This document shows positions 54,253-64,000 of a stretch of 64,000 nucleotides of DNA, piece after piece. A program made the position numbers and the translations under genes. The notes under the pieces were generated by a model. That model saw only the letters and a program-made list of their open reading frames with translations. It did not search any database and was not told the origin of the DNA. Numbering within the stretch: position 1 is the first letter of the stretch; each line of letters begins with the position of its first letter. Origin of the DNA: Eledone cirrhosa. Taxonomy: Eukaryota. Location of the stretch: positions 34,720,001 to 34,784,000 of the forward strand of contig OZ024752.1 of assembly GCA_964016885.1 (NCBI GenBank), in the 5' to 3' direction.

Positions 54253-54319
54253 TATTTTATCTGATGAGGACGTACTGTTGAAGATAGCTCAGTACCTCTG
54301 AAATATGTATAATAAAATA
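54253..54319 (+). ncRNA. Type I hammerhead ribozyme in a (TA)n-flanked element (54127-54363)
   Basis: TATTTTAT-CTGATGA-GGACGTACTG..CAGTACCTCT-GAAA-TATGT-ATA-ATAAAATA; perfect 8-bp stem I. Confidence 0.85.
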
Positions 54320-54360
54320 TACTTGATCACACGAATGTCTATTTTTGTTAATATTTTGAA

Positions 54361-54399
<39 letters not shown>

Positions 54400-54570
54400 G
54401 AAGGTATAGAAATTGTTTTAGCGAGAAGCTAATAGTATTCTATAACATATATATATATATATATTGTTATACTTCGCCGTTATATATATATATACTTATA
54501 TACATCATACATATATATATATATACATCATACATATATATATATATACATCATACATATATATATATAT

Positions 54571-55001
<431 letters not shown>

Positions 55002-55022
55002 TATACATATATACATATATAC

Positions 55023-55248
<226 letters not shown>

Positions 55249-55472
55249 TTTTATCCTGTAACCTTTATATGTAAATTGCCATGCTATATCATTGGATGAA
55301 TGTCACCCCACTGTTGATCAATATGCGCATATGTTTTATGTGTCTCTTGGGTTGAAAAGGAGGTCAAGTATGTTATAGATCAGTAAATAGTTGCTCCGAA
55401 GAATCCAAACCTCGGTTTGGAGGAAACAATTGTAAGCAAATAAATGGCTTAAACTGAACTTTGATTATTGTA

Positions 55473-55542
<70 letters not shown>

Positions 55543-55639
55543 TATGTATGTATATACTTACACACACACACACACATTTGAAGAGTGCGCTTAAGCACGA
55601 AACTCATGGCCGTCGAACCATCGTCTGACTTCATAGCAA

Positions 55640-56038
55640 GAATGGTTTCTGATTCAGGCACAAGGCCAACAATTTAGGGTCAAGAAGAAAGCCGATTAAA
55701 TTGACCCCAGTGCGTGACTGGTACTTTATTTTATCGACCTCGTAAGGATGAAAAGCAAAGCTAAGCTCGACGGGATTTAAACTCAGAAGGTAAAGGGCCG
55801 TGATACTATGCCGGATATAATGGTTTCTGATTCAGGCACAAGGCCAACAATTTTGGGGGGAGGAGAAAGTCTTAGATGCTCCTAGAGAAAGACGTGTGTT
55901 AGGCTAATATATTGTTGATGTAATAATTGTTTCTACAATAGGCACAAGGTCAGCAATTACCCCAGTGTATTACTGGTACTTTATTTTAATCGACCCCCGT
56001 TAGGATGAAAGGCAAAGTTAACCTCGGCGGGATTTGAA

Positions 56039-56040
<2 letters not shown>
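55640..56040 (-). mobile_element. SINE copies and fragments
   Basis: Reverse-complement SINE cores at about 55640-55810 and 55925-56040. Confidence 0.8.
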
Positions 56041-56100
<60 letters not shown>

Positions 56101-56112
56101 TATGATACACCC

Positions 56113-56175
<63 letters not shown>

Positions 56176-56228
56176 ATCCATGATACAGTATAACATTGAA
56201 ACAAAGCCATATTAATGCACTAGTATTT

Positions 56229-56285
<57 letters not shown>

Positions 56286-56294
56286 TAAATATAT

Positions 56295-56345
<51 letters not shown>

Positions 56346-56386
56346 TATATAGATATATACACACACATATATATATATATACACAT

Positions 56387-56417
<31 letters not shown>

Positions 56418-56540
56418 CATATATATATATATATATACACATATATATATATATATACACACACACACATATATATATATATATATGCTTACTTTATTCC
56501 CTCTTCTCTCTCTCTCTTTCTCTTTTTCACTCACACGCGG

Positions 56541-56573
<33 letters not shown>

Positions 56574-57695
56574 CTTAAGTATACACACACACACACTTAT
56601 ATACACTCACACATATCTCCACACATAGAAACACACATACATCCATACGGTTTCATAAATAAACATATTAAAGTGCCTATTCTCCTCCTGATTTCAGTCT
56701 CCCCCAGTTAAGCACTGGTTAGTTTGTTTACCATACCACATACAGTTGTCATTCTACTCGCCAGGTAATTTGGTTAGGCCAATGTATTTATACAAGAATT
56801 TAGCATATAACGTCGTTAAGGCCGCCGTAAATATCGTCGCCTCCACCATTGTAGCCATACATACATATATATATGTACATATGTACATATATGTGTGTAC
56901 ATGGTGGCTGCCAACTCGTTTTCGAGTACGGCCACTACTTTATATCCATGTAGGAGAACCCCTACCGATGCGCTGAACGAGTGTGACTTTTTAGTCCAGC
57001 CAGCAACTTGAAAACTCTGGTACAAACACTACACTTGTGACAATTACTGACACATAGTGCTGGGCCCATGGTACCATGTGACGACAAGTGCAGAGAGATC
57101 TCCAGATATAAAGCAATGCCTGTGCCGTGAAGCTTTTATAGTGAGCAACGGCACTGCACAAAGCCAGTCCCACTCTCTTAACCAAGATGATATTTTCCAA
57201 AAAGAAGAACAAGTCAACATCATTGGATACCATCAGAGTTGCAGGTGTTATATCAGAGTTTTCCTTCTCCTAGAATTCTGCCTTGACAAACGCTAAGGGG
57301 TCATCTCTCCCGGTATGTACATACATACATATGTACATACATATATACATATGTACATACATATATACATATGTACATACATACGTACATATGTACATAC
57401 ATACATATGTACATACATATATACATATGTACATATATACATATGTACATACATATATACCTAACACAACCTAACATACCCTAACCCTAACACACTCTAA
57501 AATACCCTAGCATACTCTAACACATATAACATACATATTTAACATGCTTTATCTACAGTAACATCTAAACGAAAGAATATTTTTAAAAGTAGCCATATTT
57601 CCGAAGAAAGAAGTCTTTTGGTAGATTCTATGAATTCTTCGTGTATTCCTGAAGAGTACTGGACATTTCATATTTGTTTAGTTGGTACACACACA

Positions 57696-57805
<110 letters not shown>

Positions 57806-58030
57806 AACAACTCCACCCTCTAGACACACCCAAATCTCTTATATATAGAGTCACACATTACAACACAGCCTGAGATCAGTTTGACAATCGCCACCGACGA
57901 ATGCGAGAAAGTTCTCCAGGAACGTTAACCAGGAATCTTTTAAAAATCTCTTCACCGAAGTTAACAAAGAACTTACTAATTAAATTAAATTGTTTAGAAC
58001 TACAAGTGAAGTCATTCTTTTCCTTTTTTT

Positions 58031-58094
<64 letters not shown>

Positions 58095-58096
<2 letters not shown>

Positions 58097-58320
58097 AATT
58101 TTAGTACAGCATTAACAAAGCATTAGGCTGCGGCTAAGCTAACGAATGCAAATTCGGAATGTAGCTTTAGCACTCGATAGAGAATAATACCCCAGAGTAA
58201 TAACAATACGTTTAGACAGCTTTGCAAATCAAATATAGCGATCGGCAGTCCAGCCGCATTGCCATAGCAACGAAAATGGTTGGACTCAGGAAAAGATTTT
58301 TGACTGACCTGGACCATAAC
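58095..58320 (-). mobile_element. Family K (TA)n-adjacent element
   Basis: Diverged homologue at 60347-60562; both carry the 3' bulged stem-loop. Confidence 0.6.
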
Positions 58321-58344
58321 GCGGAGACCGAATGCAATATATAA

Positions 58345-58530
58345 TTGTTTCTACGTTAGGCACAAGGCCAGAAATTATCCAGTGGTACTGGTACTTTATT
58401 TTATCGACCCCGTAAGGATGAAAGGCAAAGTTAACCTCGGCGGGATTTGAACTCAGAATGGCAAGGGCCGTAACTCTATACGTCAAAGCATGGCGTCCGA
58501 CCCTCTCACAATACTGCCAATCCACTGCCC
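58345..58530 (-). mobile_element. SINE with 13-bp target-site duplication
   Basis: TGCAATATATAAT on both sides. Confidence 0.88.
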
Positions 58531-59028
58531 TTTGCAATATATAATGCATATCGTATAGCATACGATATACATCACATACAACATACAACATCCACGCTAG
58601 GTTTCTGTAAATCCGAGAACGACTAATTCCGCTTGCAGGGGTCTGTAAGTTAATGGCCTTTGACGAATGAACAAAGGATTTACTTCTTCAGCAAGTTTTG
58701 CGTTCTTTAGCCTCAGCGGGTGTGTTCTAACAGTAAATTTCGCTATAGACACGTGGTTTTCTCCAAGGGAGGTAACCCCCGTTTTGGCGGTGAATTCGAA
58801 ATTTGAGACAAAGGAATATATATATATATATATAGGAACAAGTAAGACCCCGACGGCTGAGCTCAAGCCGTTTCGACGGCTAATTCTGGACCGTCCAGAA
58901 TTAGCCGTCGAAACGGCTTGAGCTCAGCCGTCGGAGTCTTACTTGTTCCTATTACCCACTCTACTACCCTAAGTATTGAGTACTTTGGTGCGTTATGGTC
59001 CACCTGGTTCCTTACCACATTTCCTTCG

Positions 59029-59067
<39 letters not shown>

Positions 59068-59227
59068 CATAAACGGAGAAAGCTATTAGCGATACTCCGA
59101 CCAATTTCCATCTCACTCAACAAACATTAGGAAATACCAGAGTATATTCCCAATTATACGTTTCGGGTGCTAACTATATTGTATTGTGTGGATAATCGGG
59201 TATATTATTTTATATGAGATATATATA

Positions 59228-59885
59228 TGTGTGACGAAAGAACCACCACATCAACATCACCACACCACCACCACCACCACCACCACCATAACCACCACCA
59301 CCACCATCACCATCACCAGCACTTTATATATGATATATATATATATATATATATGTGTGACGAAAGAACCACCACACCAACATCACCACCAACGCCACCA
59401 CCACCACCACCATAACCACCACCACCACCATCACCATCACCAGCACTTTATATATGATATATATATATATGTGTGACGAAAGAACCACCACACCAACATC
59501 ACCACACCACTACCACACCACCACCACCACCACCACCACCATAACCACCACCACCACCATCACCATCACCAGCACTTTATATATGATATATATATATATA
59601 TATGTGTGACGAAAGAACCACCACACCAACATCACCACATCACCACCACCACCACCAACGCCACCACCACCACCTCCACCACCACCACCACCACCATCAC
59701 CATCACCAGCACTTTATATATGATATATATATATATGTGTGACGAAAGAACCACCACACCAACATCACCACATCACCACCACCACCACCAACGCCACCAC
59801 CACCACCACCATAACCACCACCACCACCATCACCATCACCACCACTTTATATATGATATATATATATATGTGTGACGAAAGAACT
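59228..59885. repeat. Composite minisatellite, 5-6 units of variable length
   Basis: GTGTGACGAAAGAAC-(ACC)n-CAGCACTTTATATATGA-(TA)n. Confidence 0.85.
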
Positions 59886-60036
59886 TTGACAATATATAAA
59901 CAACCATCTGGTTGTAGAACCAACCAACCAACCGGAAATTTATAAATTCCTAAATTTATAAATTTATTATAATAAATTGAAGTGAAAGCAACTGGTGCGT
60001 GTGTTTCTTATTGGCAACATGACCCTCCCAAAGTAT

Positions 60037-60075
<39 letters not shown>

Positions 60076-60079
<4 letters not shown>

Positions 60080-60340
60080 ACAGAGGAGACTGAGGTTAGC
60101 TGGACATGCTCACCGACATCCAGAGTTGACATTGCACTCAGTGCTCCTTTGGGAGCCCCTACATGGACACACTAGAAGAGGAAGACCAAGGTTAACGTAT
60201 GTTGATGCCCTAAGGACAGACACTGGTCTGTTGGAGACGCAGGACATGGCAGCGATAATGAGGGACAGAGACCGCTGGAGAGAACTCGTCCATGGATCTC
60301 GGGAATTTTACCCGCCTTAGATGGATAGATAGATAGATAG
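60076..60340 (+). mobile_element. RTE-clade LINE 3' end
   Basis: QRRLRLAGHAHRHPE..VLLWEPLHGHTRRGRPRLTYVD..MRDRDRWR; short (GATA)n tail. Confidence 0.85.
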
Positions 60341-60557
60341 ATATATATACAAGAAGGTAGTACAGCATAATCGAAGCTCTGGTTGCGGGAAAGCTAACGA
60401 ATGCAGTCGGGAAGTGCAGCCAAAAGCACTCAATAAGGAATGTTACCTTAGAGTTATAACATTACGTTTATACAGCTATGCAAATTGAAGACAGCGGCCG
60501 AAATGCGAGCCGCTAGGACGAGAACAACGAAAAAAAACCGACTCAGGGAAATCTTTG

Positions 60558-60632
<75 letters not shown>

Positions 60633-60984
60633 AACACCCTTCTAGCGGGTCCGGGTGACTTTTTTACATTCATTTAATTTATTAATTTATTGATATTTTA
60701 TTTGAGTGACCCGAATCTTCCTGGTCGTTCTTTTTCGGCTGCACGGGTGATTTTAGGCATGATCTCCTTGTGTTGGTAATTTAACGATGGTTATAGCTCT
60801 GATTTATCCAAATTATTGAGCCCTCTGCCACACATGTCGGATATAGTTTATCGTGATTTCGTGGGCCGATATTCCGATTCTCGATTATTCTACTGTATAT
60901 ATATATATTATTCAAAATATTAACAAATTAAAGATATTCACACAATCAAAATATATGTTTTATTATATATATTTCAAAGGAACT

Positions 60985-62070
60985 GCCTCCACCACCACCA
61001 CCACCATTACCAACGCCACCACCACACCAACACCACCACACCACCACCACACCACCACCACCATCACCAGCACACCACCACCATAACCACCACCACCATC
61101 ACCACCACCACCACAACCACCACCACCAATGCCACCACCACCACCATAATCACCACCACCTCCACACCACCACCACTACCACCATAATCACCCTCACCAC
61201 CATCACCACACCACCACCACCACCACCACCACCATAATCACCCTCACCACCACCACCACACCACCACCACAACCACCACCATAATCACCCTCACCACCAC
61301 CACCATACCACCACCACAACCACCACCATAAACACCCTCACCACCACCACCACACCACCACCACAACCACCACCATAATCACCCTCACCACCACCACCAT
61401 ACCACCACCACAACCACCACCATAAACACCCTCACCACCATCACCACACCACTACCACCACCACCACCACCACCATAATCACCCTCACCACCACCACCAC
61501 ACCACCACCACAACCACCACCATAATCACCCTCACCACCACCACCATACCACCACCACAACCACCACCATAATCACCCTCACCACCACCACCACACCACC
61601 ACCACAACCACCACCATAATCACCCTCACCACCACCACCATACCACCACCACAACCACCACCATAAACACCCTCACCACTACCACCACCATCACCACCAC
61701 CACCACCACCACCACCACCATCACCACCACCACACCACCACCACCACCACCACCACCACCACCACCACCACCACCACCACCACCACCATAATCACCCTCA
61801 CCACCACCACCACCATAATCACCCTCACCACCACCACCACCACAACCACCACCACCACCACCACCATAATCACCCTCACCACCACCACCACCATTAATGT
61901 ATGTTTATATGTGTGTGTCTATTAATGTGTGTTGTGTATGTGTGTTGTGTATGTGTGTGTACCAATGTGTGTATTAATGTATGTTTACATGTATATGTGT
62001 GTCCATCAATGTGTGTATTAATGTATGTTTATTTATGTGTGTGTGTATCAGTGTGTGTATTAATGTATGT

Positions 62071-62140
<70 letters not shown>

Positions 62141-62151
62141 TAATGTATGTT

Positions 62152-62188
<37 letters not shown>

Positions 62189-62233
62189 ATGTGTGTGTAT
62201 GTGTGTGTGTATCAGTGTGTATTAATGTATGTT

Positions 62234-62268
<35 letters not shown>

Positions 62269-62288
62269 ATCAGTGTGTATTAATGTAT

Positions 62289-62354
<66 letters not shown>

Positions 62355-62540
62355 CAGTGTGTATTAATGTATGTTTATATATATATATATCTGTGTGTGT
62401 GTGTATGTGTGTGTATTAATGTATGTTTATATATATATGTGTGTGTGTATATATGTGTGTGCGTGTGTGTATCAGTGTGTGTGTATTAATGTGTTTATAT
62501 ATATATGTGTGTGTGTGTGTATGTGTGTGTATTAATGTAT

Positions 62541-62598
<58 letters not shown>

Positions 62599-62815
62599 AT
62601 ATATGTGTGTGCGTGTATCAGTGTGTGTATTAATGTGTGTTTATATATATGTGTGTGTGTGTGTGTATCAGTGTGTGTATTAATGTGTTTATATATATAT
62701 ATGTGTATGTGTGTGTATTAATGTATGTTTATATATATATATGTGTGTGTATATATGTGTGTGTGTGTATCAGTGTGTGTATTAATGTGTTTATATATAT
62801 GTGTGTGTGTGTGTC
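60985..62815. repeat. (ACC)-rich minisatellite followed by TG/TA composite repeat
   Basis: Tandem arrays at 60985-61892 and 61893-62815. Confidence 0.9.
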
Positions 62816-63059
62816 ATTGGCAATGGCAATTTGGAAAGATTACCAGATAGTGTCAAGGAAGAGTCAATTCGAATGTCAAGATGTTAGTTGATAGTAGTGA
62901 AGCTCTAATACGTTATCTTACGAACATGACTCTACCCAGTTCCCTCGTCCATCTCTATCACCTCCGACAATGTCTGTTAATCCTGAGTCACTTTAAACTG
63001 AGACAGGTTTGCGGTCGTACCCTCAGCAGTAGAGCCTTCTGGTGTCCTTGGCCCTAGGG

Positions 63060-63400
63060 CTACCTCCCTACTCACCACCCATAGGCGCTGAGCTGGCCAG
63101 CAGCAGGTGTGAGCCTCGCGAGTTGGAATGGCTCTTCCAGCGCATCTCCTTTACCATACTCCGGGGAAAACGCCTTCTGTCTCCCATTCTGTCCGCCGGG
63201 GCTGTGGGGAGGCCAGCACGCGAGACCCCATTTGCTCACCATACGGAGAGATGGGGAAGGCGAGAGAGATGGAGGCGATGACAGTGGGAGTTCGGCTGTT
63301 CTTTCATGTTTACTTAGGTTACAATTGCATTGTGAAAGAGGTTGTGATAATCGCTGTAGTTATCCTGATTTTTGTATACATTATAAAACTCTTTTTTTTT
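63060..63400 (+). mobile_element. Probable CRE-like (restriction-like endonuclease) LINE 3' fragment
   Basis: EPRELEWLFQRISFTILRG resembles the CRE C-terminal FQR(L/I)S.AIQRGNA motif. Confidence 0.5.
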
Positions 63401-63452
63401 TTAAAGAACTGTTCCACTTGTCATTTAAATTGAGTAGTAAAGTAGTAAAGTG

Positions 63453-63970
63453 AAGGCGTGTGGCCTAGTGGTAAAGCTGTTGGACTTACGATCATAAAGT
63501 GGTTTTGAATCCTGGACTGGGTTGTGTGTTGTGGTCTTGAACAGAACACTTCCTTTCCCATTGATTCAGATCACTCCCAGGTCTGCTCTAACCCGGAGTA
63601 GCAGTACCTGTTAGAGCCCCATTTATGGGTTAAATACTTACCTTATTCGAGTGGCCCCGGTAAGGTATTACCAGCCATTGAAAAGAAAAAGAAAAAGAAT
63701 CAGTATACTCAGCAAAAAAAGGAGTACCAGTAGCTGTAGCTGGGAAGTTTAACCCTGCGATGGACAGGCGTTCTGTCCAGTGGGTTGGGGGGGGGGGAAA
63801 CCTTGTACTCTCAGTTGTTTCATGACAGTACGTTACTGGTACTTTATTTTATCGACCCCGCAATGATGAAAGGCAAAGCTAACCTCGGCAGGATTTGAAC
63901 TCAGAACGTAAAGAGACATAGCTCTATGCCGCGAAGCATAGTGTCCGGATTATTGCTAATCCACCACCCT
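63453..63970. mobile_element. CORE-type SINE (+) followed by major-family SINE (-)
   Basis: tRNA head GGCGTGTGGCCTAGTGGTAAAG at about 63455; reverse-complement SINE at 63830-63970. Confidence 0.7.
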
Positions 63971-64000
63971 CTGAGCCGAATAAAATAATTGTTTCTACTT

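Noticed and set aside
56903-56937. HDV-like ribozyme P1 helix, or an LTR primer-binding site (TGGTGGC)
   Set aside because: No P1.1, P2 or P4 elements and no adjacent LTR
58597-58815. Open minus-strand unique segment, possible terminal exon
   Set aside because: No recognisable homology, and the ORF start lies in a foldback element and (TA)n

Overview
Eukaryotic, AT-rich, microsatellite-saturated DNA made almost entirely of repeats. The SINE repertoire resembles cephalopod (octopus-like) genomes, which is a recognition-based inference. No host protein-coding exon is supported, and nearly all listed ORFs are simple-repeat artefacts. Ordinary content: a near-full-length Tx1/L1-clade LINE missing its RT core (11081-15844, minus, in an (AAT)n tract), other Tx1, RTE and CRE fragments, about 25 tRNA-derived SINE copies, two MITEs, and minisatellites with 15, 30, 56/61, 66 and 67 bp units. 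The main signal is at least 20 short non-coding elements, from about 10 sequence-unrelated families, in (TA)n/(CA)n tracts. Most carry a type I hammerhead ribozyme (CUGANGA...GAAA...NUH), complete or partial. Many are head-to-head foldbacks with recurrent breakpoints. Most families also carry the same bulged stem-loop (NCUC-stem-loop-stem-UY-GAGN, with compensatory changes) between the ribozyme and the (TA)n junction. These look like Penelope-like retroelement ends or retrozyme-like elements. The shared 3' RNA structure is the candidate undescribed component. All structures were paired by eye; no folding or database search was run.
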